Source: an archaeon (GTDB lineage Archaea; Thermoplasmatota; Thermoplasmata; WALJ01). Taken from it: a DNA stretch of 64,000 bases. Location of the stretch: positions 6,193 through 70,192 of the forward strand of contig JAJRTH010000092.1 in NCBI GenBank assembly GCA_024278375.1, read 5' to 3'. Numbering within the stretch: the first letter of the stretch is position 1; each line of letters starts with the position of its first letter. This document shows positions 29,305 through 38,789 of the stretch, one piece after another. The notes beneath the pieces were generated by a model, which worked only from the letters and a program-made list of their open reading frames with translations, did not search any database and was not told where the DNA came from. Made by a program: the position numbers and the translations under genes.

Positions 29305-30165
29305 ATGGATTATCAACTTATAGTCTCTCCGTGGAAAAACAAGTTCATAGAAACGATAGAGAAGACCAAAAAGGAGATTCTGATATCTTCTCCTTTCGTG
29401 AGTAGAGAAGGTGTGAGTATACTTTCCAAGGCCATCCCTTCAAGAAAATCAGTGAGTATATCGCTTATCACAAACATAAGTCCCAAAAATGTGCTCGGTG
29501 GTTTTACAGACCCGTTTGCTCTGCTCGACCTGTATGAGAATTTCAATCGTGTGAATGTCTCCAGTCTCGGAAGGCTTCATGCGAAGGTATATCTTATAGA
29601 TGATAGAATGGGCATTATAACATCTGCCAATCTCACAGGCGGAGGATTGGTGGGGAACTTTGAGTATGGAATACTAATTGATGATAGGGAAACCGTGCTT
29701 TCAATCAAGAAAGACATGCTAGAATACTACTACCTTGGCAACATATTCGAAAAAGAACTCCTTGAGAAAGTAGGAAAAGAGGCTCTGGAGCTTCAAAAGA
29801 TGAGGGAGTACACGGATGAGCTTTTAAAAGGAACAGAGCTCGAGAGGCTTCTTAAAAGCCATGAAGAAAGGGTAGAGTATGAGATCCTGAAGAATCGTGT
29901 GAAAGACGGAAAAACGATCAACTCAATATTTGCTGAGACAATTCTGTACATCCTCAAAAAGAAAGGGCCTCTGAGTACAAAGGAGATGCATCCGCTAATT
30001 CAGGCCATACATCCGGACATTTGCGATGATTCCATAGACCGGGTGATAAACGGACAACACTTCGGAAAGAAATGGAAGCATTTGGTAAGGGATGCTCAAC
30101 AGTTTCTCAAAAAGAAAGGGCTCATATATTTGAAAGATGGGAAATGGCATCTGGTTGCTAAATAG
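29305..30165 (+). CDS. PLD-family (HKD) nuclease domain fused to a C-terminal winged-helix domain; putative restriction/defence nuclease
   Basis: ISSPF, LHAKVYLID, ITSANLT..GL..N.E; C-terminal ILKKKGPLSTKEM...WKHLVRDAQQFLKKKGLI...GKW. Confidence 0.75.
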   Translation: MDYQLIVSPWKNKFIETIEKTKKEILISSPFVSREGVSILSKAIPSRKSVSISLITNISPKNVLGGFTDPFALLDLYENFNRVNVSSLGRLHAKVYLIDDRMGIITSANLTGGGLVGNFEYGILIDDRETVLSIKKDMLEYYYLGNIFEKELLEKVGKEALELQKMREYTDELLKGTELERLLKSHEERVEYEILKNRVKDGKTINSIFAETILYILKKKGPLSTKEMHPLIQAIHPDICDDSIDRVINGQHFGKKWKHLVRDAQQFLKKKGLIYLKDGKWHLVAK

Positions 30166-30292
30166 TTTTCATTCCGCCCTCATGACCCGCCATAAAGAGC
30201 GCATCCGAGAAGGTCAGAGATGTGGCAATTAAAGAAGGACTGGGGGGGTCCAAGATAGGGAGGCAAGGATATACGAAAAGAAGCGGTAACCC

Positions 30293-30751
30293 TCACTCCT
30301 GGATTTCTTCGGCAAAGCTCCTCATCATTTCCCAGTGACTTCCTTCCCAGTATATCTTGTCGCACCTTTCACAGTACCAGAATCTATCCTGTCTTTCATA
30401 AACTCCTTCGGGCACCCGCCCCCTCACATCTTTCTTCGAAATCTCGACAATTTCCGAATTGCAGAGAGTGCATCTGCTCATGAATCTCTCTTTTTCCGGA
30501 GGATACACGGATATTATCTCCTTCATATCTCTGTCCAGTTCGGCATGCGGGAGATAAATGGCCGAAATCCCTCTCTTTTTTGCCCTGTCAAAGAGCTCCG
30601 TATCCCTTGTGAGCAGCACCCTGTCCTCTTCCTCCGCCTTTGATAGTATTTCGTCATCTTCCATATCTCTGGCATACTCGGTGTCGAATCCCAGAATTCT
30701 AAGCCATTTCGCAACGGTACCCAGCATCTCATCTGCCAGAAACCTTACCAT
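30293..30751 (-). CDS. Mut7-C RNase (PIN-like + Zn ribbon) protein
   Basis: FLADEMLG..AKWLRILG.D, LLTRD, SRCTLCN, CERCDKIYWEGSH. Confidence 0.92.
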   Translation of the reverse strand: MVRFLADEMLGTVAKWLRILGFDTEYARDMEDDEILSKAEEEDRVLLTRDTELFDRAKKRGISAIYLPHAELDRDMKEIISVYPPEKERFMSRCTLCNSEIVEISKKDVRGRVPEGVYERQDRFWYCERCDKIYWEGSHWEMMRSFAEEIQE

Positions 30752-31379
30752 GCAGTACCTCGTATCTGAGCAAAATTCCGCCTTCCATAGGCTTTGCCTC
30801 GATCCTCATCAGCCTTATGATTTCATCCTGTGATTTTGCACCCTCTCCGTCCGCTATCGTCGGCGAATCCCTCCCGCCTATTACCATGTCTCCGACGAAT
30901 ATGTTCAGTTCATCCGCCATTCCCTCTTTCAGGAAGTTCCAGATGATAGTGCCACCACCTTCCACCATCAGCGCTCCAACACCTCTTTTCTCCAGCTCTC
31001 TGAGGACACAGTCAAGGTCCAGCTTCCCGTCCTTTTCAGGGCACTTTATAAGCTCTGCATTCCCGTATTTCCCATTCTTTATGGCATTGAATATAAGCGT
31101 GGGTGCCATATCGTTAAGAACCTGAGCGCTCTCCGGCGTCCTCAGGCGGGAATCAAGAACAACCCTTATCGGATTCGCTCCATGCGCATACTCCTTTTTA
31201 ACGGTGAGCTTCGGGTCATCGGAAAGTATCGTACCGACTCCAACAAGTATGGCATCCACGGATGCCCTCAACCTGTGAACCCTTGCAATGTCCTCTTCGC
31301 CGGATATTTTCGTCTGTTCTCTGGATGGCAGGGCAATCTTCCCGTCAACGGATGCAGCACAGTTTATTATGACACGCAC
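30729..31379 (-). CDS. arfC: 2,5-diamino-6-ribosylamino-4(3H)-pyrimidinone 5'-phosphate reductase (RibD C-terminal family)
   Basis: AASVDGKIA, VHRLRA..DAILVG.GT...DDP.L, RVVLDS, LMVEGGG. Confidence 0.88.
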   Translation of the reverse strand: MRVIINCAASVDGKIALPSREQTKISGEEDIARVHRLRASVDAILVGVGTILSDDPKLTVKKEYAHGANPIRVVLDSRLRTPESAQVLNDMAPTLIFNAIKNGKYGNAELIKCPEKDGKLDLDCVLRELEKRGVGALMVEGGGTIIWNFLKEGMADELNIFVGDMVIGGRDSPTIADGEGAKSQDEIIRLMRIEAKPMEGGILLRYEVLHGKVSGR

Positions 31380-31406
31380 AGAGGGAAATGCACCTTAAAT
31401 AAAAGG

Positions 31407-32492
31407 TTATTTCCTGAAATACTCGCTCTCTTCGAAATTCAGGATATTATCGTCCCTGACCCTTTCCTTCCTCGATTTGCTGTAGGCAAAGACCGATATG
31501 GCAGCCGCACCGGTAACGGCGCCGACAACCAGAGACAGTATATTGTCATATGCGAAGTCCGTGATTTCCTTTGCGATCCCCGTCCCGCCGGGCACACCTA
31601 TCACGGGGTCGTGGTACACGGTCACGCCGACGGCGGCCGGATATGACGTATATATGACCAGAGCCCCGTTCTCCTGGGCATAATGGGCGGTTATCTCCAT
31701 GCTCTCTCCGTCCACGGTGGCATATGACTCCCAGAAATAATGGGCCTTTTCACCATCGTTCCCCATGAACATCATCTTCTGCTCTATGTCCGGCGTGTTT
31801 CTGAAATACTCTATGCTGCCAGAAGGCACCGTGGCGCCGGGTGCGATTCTTTTCATGCCACCCGAATCCTGAAGCACATAGCTCTGCGTCTCGGTCGAAC
31901 GGAGGCTCTGCCTGAGCGCTATGGTATCCACACCCGCATCTCTCAGCACCCTTATAGAAATGTCTATTTTCGCCTCATTACCTCCGGTTATGCTGTATTT
32001 CCCTCTTTCCGTATTTATTGCATATGTCCTGTCGGCCACGGTTATCGTGAAAGATACCGAACACCAGTCTCTAAGTATCGGTTGCGGTGCGCCGACACCG
32101 ACCTGTGGAACGGAGGGCATCTGTGTGCCGTCAAGTGTGGCGGATATGATGACCTTCGTGTAGTTCCCCATCACGGGAGACAGCCCCGTCTCAACCTTTC
32201 TTTCCCATACAGCATCCTCGAAAGACGCCCTTATTTTCCACAGCGAACCGAAACCCCCTTCCTCCTCATTGTAACCCAGTATTTCTTCGTAGTCGAGGAA
32301 GAACTTTTCCTCGGGTGAGGAGTAGAAAGTTATTTCCGGGTAGTTCGATAGGAGAACGGTAAGATTGGTGCTGGTTATGAGAAGATTCTGACCCGAATAA
32401 TCCGTGGAAACGGCAGCGGTGCTGACGGAGAGAGGGGCGATGAACAGCATCGTCACCAGAATCGGGAGTAGGGAGCGCACCTTGATCACCAA
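31407..32492 (-). CDS. Secreted, C-terminally membrane-anchored hypothetical surface protein
   Basis: N-terminal signal peptide, beta-rich body ending VYHDPVIGV, TM helix and charged tail. Confidence 0.75.
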   Translation of the reverse strand: MVIKVRSLLPILVTMLFIAPLSVSTAAVSTDYSGQNLLITSTNLTVLLSNYPEITFYSSPEEKFFLDYEEILGYNEEEGGFGSLWKIRASFEDAVWERKVETGLSPVMGNYTKVIISATLDGTQMPSVPQVGVGAPQPILRDWCSVSFTITVADRTYAINTERGKYSITGGNEAKIDISIRVLRDAGVDTIALRQSLRSTETQSYVLQDSGGMKRIAPGATVPSGSIEYFRNTPDIEQKMMFMGNDGEKAHYFWESYATVDGESMEITAHYAQENGALVIYTSYPAAVGVTVYHDPVIGVPGGTGIAKEITDFAYDNILSLVVGAVTGAAAISVFAYSKSRKERVRDDNILNFEESEYFRK

Positions 32493-32641
32493 AGATATTA
32501 TGTCATAAAGAGTACTTATAGGATTTGGTGCGATTCTCTAATTATCGGGAGAATATTGTTAGAGAAATGCACAACAGTTAGATGATTGCCCCAAAAAGCT
32601 CTTAAATACCGACCGAAAGGAAATATCAGAACAAAAGAGGT

Positions 32642-32669
32642 GAGAGGTCGAACGGAAGTTTGACCTCTT
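32642..32669 (+). promoter_or_regulatory. 5'-leader hairpin (12 bp stem, GGAA tetraloop) upstream of the PGF-CTERM gene
   Basis: GAGAGGUCGAAC-GGAA-GUUUGACCUCUU lies between TATA CTTAAATA (32601-32608) and SD GAGGTGA (32681-32687). Confidence 0.65.
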
Positions 32670-32692
32670 CCAAGCAATAAGAGGTGATAAAA

Positions 32693-33853
32693 ATGAAAGG
32701 AAAAATCGGAATCGTAATGGCGCTGTCCCTTCTGATGCTCGCACCCGTGGCCCTTGGTTACGGCGCGGACTCTGGACAGACAACACCGCCTATCAACATG
32801 GACCCCTGGGAGCAGTGCATGCAGAACGCAGAGAAAGCATACATGTTCGGAACATTCTCGTACGATGCGGTGACCGGGGATGTTTCCGGAAGGTTCGTCG
32901 AGTTTCAGGTATCCGGAGACGGAGTAATAAACGACTATACGGTAAAGCGCTCTGACTCCTCGATAAAGGTCTTCGACGAGGTCTATCTGGAAGCGTTCAC
33001 GCCGCAGGGAACCCCGAGAGTCGAAGGAGCCATGTTCCAGTACATGGGTACAGAGGCGATGATAATGGCGCACAACAACCCGCCGGCCGTGCTTCACTTC
33101 ACGACCACTGTCGGTGAGGACACCGTGGTTTATGTCCTCGCAGAGGGATTCACGGCAACAAAGCTGCCTGAGAGCTATAATGTGAGGATACAGGGTAATG
33201 GACTCACGGGATACATAATAAATGAGAAGTCTAACATAACCATCGAGAACAACACGGTGACCGTCACCCTACCTGCCGCCTCTCAGTCCCTGTTCAGGGT
33301 CATGCCGGTGGAAAGTGTCGTCGGACAGATGAACCAGGAGAAGATAATGGAGAAGATACAGGAAGGCAAGGTCATCGGAGAGATATCTGTCTCGGCATAC
33401 AGCGGAGAGAAGAGCGCGGACATAATGCAGTACCAGCATCAGGTGCAGGTCCAGCTGCAACTGGCCGAGCAGAACAAACTCCAGATAAAGGTGAGCGCAG
33501 AGTTCCAGGAAGGCAAGTGTGTGATAGTGAACATAGACAAGGAGACCATGAAACTCTCCGAGAACCAGGAGATTGTCGTGAAGCTCGACGGACAGAAGCT
33601 CAGGAAGGAGAGCAACATAGACAATGTCCTCAACGCTAATGATGCGGAGGGCAGATACAACATCGCCGAAGGCACCGACGGATACCAGATATCCGTGTAC
33701 ATACCGCACTTCTCTGACCACACGCTTACAGTGGAACCGGAGAGCAGTACGAGCACCGGAGAGACAACGATGCCCGGCTTCACCGGAGCCGCTGCCGTAT
33801 TGGGAACGCTGGCGGCCATGGGCATAGCAGTGGCTTACAGAAAGAGAAAATAA
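32693..33853 (+). CDS. Cell-surface protein with PGF-CTERM-like archaeosortase signal
   Basis: Signal peptide; YIPHFS motif, Ser/Thr linker, MPGF + TM + RKRK. Confidence 0.8.
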   Translation: MKGKIGIVMALSLLMLAPVALGYGADSGQTTPPINMDPWEQCMQNAEKAYMFGTFSYDAVTGDVSGRFVEFQVSGDGVINDYTVKRSDSSIKVFDEVYLEAFTPQGTPRVEGAMFQYMGTEAMIMAHNNPPAVLHFTTTVGEDTVVYVLAEGFTATKLPESYNVRIQGNGLTGYIINEKSNITIENNTVTVTLPAASQSLFRVMPVESVVGQMNQEKIMEKIQEGKVIGEISVSAYSGEKSADIMQYQHQVQVQLQLAEQNKLQIKVSAEFQEGKCVIVNIDKETMKLSENQEIVVKLDGQKLRKESNIDNVLNANDAEGRYNIAEGTDGYQISVYIPHFSDHTLTVEPESSTSTGETTMPGFTGAAAVLGTLAAMGIAVAYRKRK

Positions 33854-33915
33854 ACCCCTTCAATCTTTTATTTGTCTGACCCAAAACCTATAAATTTTAC
33901 ATTCTATTACGGGGC

Positions 33916-34170
33916 GTGATGATCTTCAATGTGATGCTGGGATTGCTGCTTCCGATATATATCTTCTTTCTGGGGAGTACTATAGCCGCTTACAGAACTA
34001 CGGGCGATAGGAGGATTCTGCTGGCATCGTTGATTTTCCTGTTTCTCCTGATAAAGAGCATATTTGTTGTATTCCGGCTACTGTCCGGTGAATCTCCCCA
34101 GACTCTTCTTCTACTGATCGATGTCATGGGAATAGTACTCGTTATACTGTTATGGAAGTGGAGAGGATGA
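33916..34170 (+). CDS. Small 3-TM membrane protein coupled to the downstream regulator
   Basis: Three hydrophobic helices, AYRTT..RR motif; ATGA overlap with the next gene. Confidence 0.65.
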   Translation: MMIFNVMLGLLLPIYIFFLGSTIAAYRTTGDRRILLASLIFLFLLIKSIFVVFRLLSGESPQTLLLLIDVMGIVLVILLWKWRG

Positions 34171-34694
34171 AGGAGCTGGAGAGCCGGAGGCGAATATATC
34201 AGTACATATTCGAAAACCCGGGTGTGCATTATCGGGAGATAGCGAGAAACCTCAACATACCCTTCGGCTCTCTGGATTACCATCTCTCGTATCTTTCCAG
34301 GCACGGAATGGTAACGATTCTAAAGGATGGCGGGTACACCAGATACTATGCCCGAAAGGATGTGGACGCAAGAAAGAAGAACATACTTTCGGTGCTGAGA
34401 CACGAACTTCCCAGAGCGATAGTCCTATTTTTGATGAAGAACGGCGGAGCGAGACATAAAGAGATAACGGAGGCCTTCAATGTATCGGGCGCCACGATAT
34501 CTTACCATCTGAAAAGGATGCTTGAAAAAGGCATACTGCTTGTTGAGGGCAGCGGAAGGGAGCACTTCTACACTGTCAGAGACCCCGATATGGTAGCGGA
34601 CGTTCTGATAACATATAGAAGGAGTTTTGGAGACAGACTTGTGGATGCTTTCGTGCGGTCGTGGATTCTCGAAAAGAAAGAAGAAAGGGGTTAG
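34167..34694 (+). CDS. Tandem winged-helix transcriptional regulator
   Basis: RRRIYQYI.ENPG.HYREI...L.YHL and a second HTH, SGATISYHLKRM. Confidence 0.88.
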   Translation: MKELESRRRIYQYIFENPGVHYREIARNLNIPFGSLDYHLSYLSRHGMVTILKDGGYTRYYARKDVDARKKNILSVLRHELPRAIVLFLMKNGGARHKEITEAFNVSGATISYHLKRMLEKGILLVEGSGREHFYTVRDPDMVADVLITYRRSFGDRLVDAFVRSWILEKKEERG

Positions 34695-36343
34695 AGAAGG
34701 TCTAGCATTCTCGCGAGGGCTCTTTCTCCCCTGTAATCCGGGAGCATTATCGGAGACCTTCTTTCGGGTTTTATTTTTGCCTTCTTCAGCTCGTTTTCGT
34801 AGAGTGCCACATGTTTCAGGCTCAGCTTCTTCGGTTTTCCGCGCTTCTTGGCCCACTTTGCAGCGCTTATTCCAGCTCTCCTTCCGAAAACATTGAAGTC
34901 CAGCAGGGAATTCCCCATCAATCGGTTCTTTCCGTGTACGCCGCCCTCGACCTCTCCGCCGGCAAACAGACCGGGAACAGAGGTCTGAGCACTCACATCT
35001 ATCTCGACACCGCCGTTCTGATAGTGTAATGTGGGAAATACGAGTATCGGGTCCTTTGTCATGTCTATTCCGAACCTCTTATACATGCGGTACATGGCAT
35101 CCAGATCTTTTTCTATGGTTCCTTCGCCGCTTATCTCCTCTATCATGGGCGAATCCAGCCATATTCCCATCATACCCGTGGGGGTCTCGACACCTTTGTT
35201 CCTGCCGTAGCATTCCCTTATGAAAGCAGCGGCCTCGACATCTCTGGGCTCCATCGGGAACACGAAGAGTTCTCCGTCCCTGTTCACGGGCTGTGCGCCC
35301 ATCCCGCGGACCTTTTCGGTTATCAGCAGGCCAACAATCTGCTCGGGATATGCGGCACCCGTCGGATGATACTGCACCGTATCCAGGTCCCTCAGCTTCG
35401 CTCCGGCCCTGTAGGCCATCACTAAGCCATCGGCAGTTGCACCGTAGTGATTCGTCGTGGGGAATCCCTGTATGTGCAGCCTGCCAAATCCGCCTGTTGC
35501 CAGAACGGTTGCCTTTGCCCTCACAACATAATACTGTTCCGTTTCCATGTTGAACAGCACGGCTCCGGCAACATTCCCTTCATCATCTTTCAACAGCTCT
35601 ATTGCAGGACTGAACTCCAGCACGGGTATCTCCCTGTTCCTGAACTCATCCCTCAGAACCCTCATTATCTCCATTCCTGTGTAGTCTTTGGCGGAATGCA
35701 GTCTGAATCTGGACGTGCCTCCTCCTGCTCTCTCGACATAGCTTCCGTCGGGATTTCTGTCATACTGCACGCCCAGCTCCTCGTGCCATTTCAGTATGAA
35801 AGGCGCATCTTTCACGAGCGCTTCCACGAGTTCGGGTTTGTTCGCGAAATGCCCTCCGCCTATTACATCAAGGTAATGTAAGGCAGGACTGTCCTCCTCT
35901 CTGTCGGCAGCCTGTATGCCGCCCTGTGCCATCATGGAGTTGGCATCGCCGTGTCTGAGCTTGGTTACCATGAGGATGTTCTCCGCAGAGATTCCGTTGT
36001 CATTGGCCCACAGTGCGGCTACGGTGCCGGCACCACCACCTCCTATTATGAGGAGGTCAACATCGTAATCTATGGTTTTGAGGTCAATGTCTTTCTCGCT
36101 TATCAGAGGATATGCTTCGAGGAGGTCAACAACTTCGTGAGGCGCAAGATCTCCCTTGTTCGGTCCGACCTTAACAGGTCTTTTTTTATCGGGCTTGTAA
36201 TCCGGGTGATACTTGTTCAGCACATCCTCTCTCGCATCCATGCTCATCGCTTCGAAGCTTTTTTTCATCCTTTCAGTCCTAGTCTTCTCCACCTTCTCTA
36301 TGGATTCCCTCATTTCTTCCGTATAACCGCCTATTAGTTTCAC
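34691..36343 (-). CDS. Fumarate reductase/succinate dehydrogenase flavoprotein subunit (TfrA-like, soluble)
   Basis: IIGGGGAG, AQGG, LATGG, QYHPTG, TE..RG, PRD, HYQNGG, HGKNRL.GNSL; the FAD-attachment His position is Asn (DANSMMAQGG). Confidence 0.88.
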   Translation of the reverse strand: MKLIGGYTEEMRESIEKVEKTRTERMKKSFEAMSMDAREDVLNKYHPDYKPDKKRPVKVGPNKGDLAPHEVVDLLEAYPLISEKDIDLKTIDYDVDLLIIGGGGAGTVAALWANDNGISAENILMVTKLRHGDANSMMAQGGIQAADREEDSPALHYLDVIGGGHFANKPELVEALVKDAPFILKWHEELGVQYDRNPDGSYVERAGGGTSRFRLHSAKDYTGMEIMRVLRDEFRNREIPVLEFSPAIELLKDDEGNVAGAVLFNMETEQYYVVRAKATVLATGGFGRLHIQGFPTTNHYGATADGLVMAYRAGAKLRDLDTVQYHPTGAAYPEQIVGLLITEKVRGMGAQPVNRDGELFVFPMEPRDVEAAAFIRECYGRNKGVETPTGMMGIWLDSPMIEEISGEGTIEKDLDAMYRMYKRFGIDMTKDPILVFPTLHYQNGGVEIDVSAQTSVPGLFAGGEVEGGVHGKNRLMGNSLLDFNVFGRRAGISAAKWAKKRGKPKKLSLKHVALYENELKKAKIKPERRSPIMLPDYRGERALARMLDLL

Positions 36344-37050
36344 TGGGTCACCTCCCCTCTCTGTATCTTTTCGATGGTTCTCGAGGTATATTCCTCCTTG
36401 AGCTTTTCCATGCTCATCTTCTTGAGTTTTTCGATTTCCTTGTCGAACTTGCCCGCATCTATTTCCTCAATCCTTTTGAGCAGATGCTCCGGAATCTGCA
36501 GATAGTACTTTCCGTATATCCTTCTCGCGAGCTGAGCTACGTGGTAATGTGTTATTTCCGCGGGACACCTTGCAGCACATAGACCGCACTGGATGCAGTC
36601 GAACGAGAGCTTAGAGACCTCACCGTAATCTCCTCTTATCGCGGCCTGAATGTAGTACATCACATCGAGCTCCTGCGGGCAAGATTTCGTGCAGGTATTG
36701 CAGGAAACACACCTGTTTATCTCTGGGTAATACTCGGAGAGAACGTTCTTTTCCGGATTAATCATGTCAATATCGTATTCCTTCCTGTTCGCAGGGACAA
36801 AAGGAAGCTGTGCGAGATACATGCCATCCTCGGCCGTCGTCTGACATGCCAGAGCGGTCTGGAACTTGTACTCTCCTTTATTTCTGTATACGGTCGCACA
36901 GGCACCGCAGAAACCTGCCCTGCATCCCGAACCTCTTATGAATCTGTATCCCACATATTCCATAGCCTTCATTATGGTGAGGCCGAACGGGACCTCGTAT
37001 GCTTTTCCCATTATATACACAGTTATCATTTTTTCTTTGTTTTCAGACAT
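36340..37050 (-). CDS. Fumarate reductase iron-sulfur subunit ([2Fe-2S] + 2x[4Fe-4S]), without CCG domains
   Basis: GCRAGFCGAC...LAC, CVSCNTCTKSCP, CIQCGLCAARCP. Confidence 0.85.
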   Translation of the reverse strand: MSENKEKMITVYIMGKAYEVPFGLTIMKAMEYVGYRFIRGSGCRAGFCGACATVYRNKGEYKFQTALACQTTAEDGMYLAQLPFVPANRKEYDIDMINPEKNVLSEYYPEINRCVSCNTCTKSCPQELDVMYYIQAAIRGDYGEVSKLSFDCIQCGLCAARCPAEITHYHVAQLARRIYGKYYLQIPEHLLKRIEEIDAGKFDKEIEKLKKMSMEKLKEEYTSRTIEKIQRGEVTQ

Positions 37051-37052
37051 TT

Positions 37053-37931
37053 TTAACCCTCCAGAAGCCCGCGCTCCTCAAGAAGAGGCCTCGGGTCTAT
37101 ATGGTTTTCATCTAAACCGGCCTTATCCTCGAGTCCCATGGCAAGAGCCATGAGCTGTGTGAAATAGAGGACTGGCATCTCGATGAATCCGTGATATTTC
37201 TTTTTAACCTCCATCTGCCTGTCTTCGAGATTGAAATCACAGAGAGGACATGAAAGGATGATAGCATCTCCGCCAGCTTCTCTTGCGGATTCCACTATCT
37301 TTCTGGTGCGCTCCAAGACGGCATCCTTGTTCGTTATGGTCTGGTATGAGCCGCAGCATTCGGTCTTGTACTCTGTGTCTATTATATCCGCCCCCATGGC
37401 CTTCATTATTTCTTCCATTATTCTGGGATCACGCGGGTCGTCAATGGAAACATCCTCCGGCCGGACCAGGGTGCATCCGTAATAAGGGACGAGTTTCAGA
37501 CCTGTGAGCGGCTTTCTGACCTTCTTGCCGATCTCCTTGATTCCTACTTCCCCGAGTATCTGCAGCAGATGCAGGGGTTCCACCCCGCCTCCGTAGTCCT
37601 CCTCCGTATCCATGAACTCGTTTATTGTCTTCAATTTCTCCGGATCGTTTATTACTAGATTGTTTGCCTGCCTAAGCGTGTTATAGCACATGGAGCAGAA
37701 GGATACCACCCTCTTCTCCCCCATCTCCGATTCCACGACCACCAGGTTCCTTATCGGAGCAAGCTGATGCATGAGATCGTCCGTTGCAAGGGAGTACACG
37801 GTCCCGCAGCAGTTCCATCTCGGCATCTCGATGAATTCTATTCCGAGTTCCTTCCCGACGGCGAGACCCGACATTTCGAAGTTCTTTGCGGTCGCTTTGA
37901 GGGTACATCCCGGAAAATACGGTATTTTCAT
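37053..37931 (-). CDS. hdrB: Heterodisulfide reductase subunit B
   Basis: YFPGC, WNCCG, CSMC, YYGC, ECCG, CPLC (two CCG domains), PVLYFTQL. Confidence 0.93.
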   Translation of the reverse strand: MKIPYFPGCTLKATAKNFEMSGLAVGKELGIEFIEMPRWNCCGTVYSLATDDLMHQLAPIRNLVVVESEMGEKRVVSFCSMCYNTLRQANNLVINDPEKLKTINEFMDTEEDYGGGVEPLHLLQILGEVGIKEIGKKVRKPLTGLKLVPYYGCTLVRPEDVSIDDPRDPRIMEEIMKAMGADIIDTEYKTECCGSYQTITNKDAVLERTRKIVESAREAGGDAIILSCPLCDFNLEDRQMEVKKKYHGFIEMPVLYFTQLMALAMGLEDKAGLDENHIDPRPLLEERGLLEG

Positions 37932-37935
37932 CCAT

Positions 37936-38343
37936 TCACCCCGTCAGTTTCCTCATAGCCGACACGAGCGCTATCGGCGGCAGTTCTTCGACATCATCTT
38001 CCGCAATCGACTCTATGCGCAAAACATCGATGTTTTTCCTTAGTATGTGGAGCCTGAGAGCTTCCATCACAGAGGCTATGTCTATACCTTTCGGGCACTC
38101 CACCGTGCAGTTAAAACACTCTGCGCATATCCAGGGCGTGTTGCCCTCGAGTATCTTTTCCGTGGCGCCTATCTGTATGAACTTCATAACCTGATTCGGC
38201 AGGTAATCCATATCGTCCGCCATAGGGCATGAGGACGAGCATTTCCCGCACTGATAGCATAGCATTACAGGTTGTCCGCTTATTTCCTCTACCTCTTTCA
38301 TCAAAGCCAGATTCTTGTCATTGTATCCTATTCTCAATTCCAT
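37936..38343 (-). CDS. hdrC: Heterodisulfide reductase subunit C
   Basis: CYQCGKCSSSCP, WICAECFNCTVECP. Confidence 0.93.
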   Translation of the reverse strand: MELRIGYNDKNLALMKEVEEISGQPVMLCYQCGKCSSSCPMADDMDYLPNQVMKFIQIGATEKILEGNTPWICAECFNCTVECPKGIDIASVMEALRLHILRKNIDVLRIESIAEDDVEELPPIALVSAMRKLTG

Positions 38344-38789
38344 CCCTCCATTATATTCTCGGCCATCTCGGCCGCCTCTTCGATCCCTTTTTCCACTTCC
38401 GGGGAGGGTTTTTCCGTGAATTCTGTGGGTGGAAGGATCTCTATTCCTATTATTCTGAGCTCTGGAAGGCGGAGACCGGATTTTTCCGCCAGTTCAAGGG
38501 CCTGGGAGATGCTCACGTCATGGATTGTGGAGCCGTGCCCTTTATTCGAGAGAGTATCCTTCTCTATGAGCCTCACGGTCCCGGGGCTCTCTCCGATTAT
38601 GGCATCCACGATAACCGCTCTTTCGTAATCCATCAGTTCTTCCAGGAGCCTCATTCCGCCGACATACGATTCCTTAATCTCAAAATCTTTCGGGAATTCC
38701 TTTCCTTTCTCTTTCAGTTTCCTCACGGCCAGTATGCCCGCGCTGTCATCACCGAGTATCGGATTACCCAGACCTATTATCACATTCAA
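38334..38789 (-). CDS. Hydrogenase maturation protease (HycI family)
   Basis: IIGLGNPILGDDSAG, IVDA, STIHD. Confidence 0.93.
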   Translation of the reverse strand: MNVIIGLGNPILGDDSAGILAVRKLKEKGKEFPKDFEIKESYVGGMRLLEELMDYERAVIVDAIIGESPGTVRLIEKDTLSNKGHGSTIHDVSISQALELAEKSGLRLPELRIIGIEILPPTEFTEKPSPEVEKGIEEAAEMAENIMEGWN

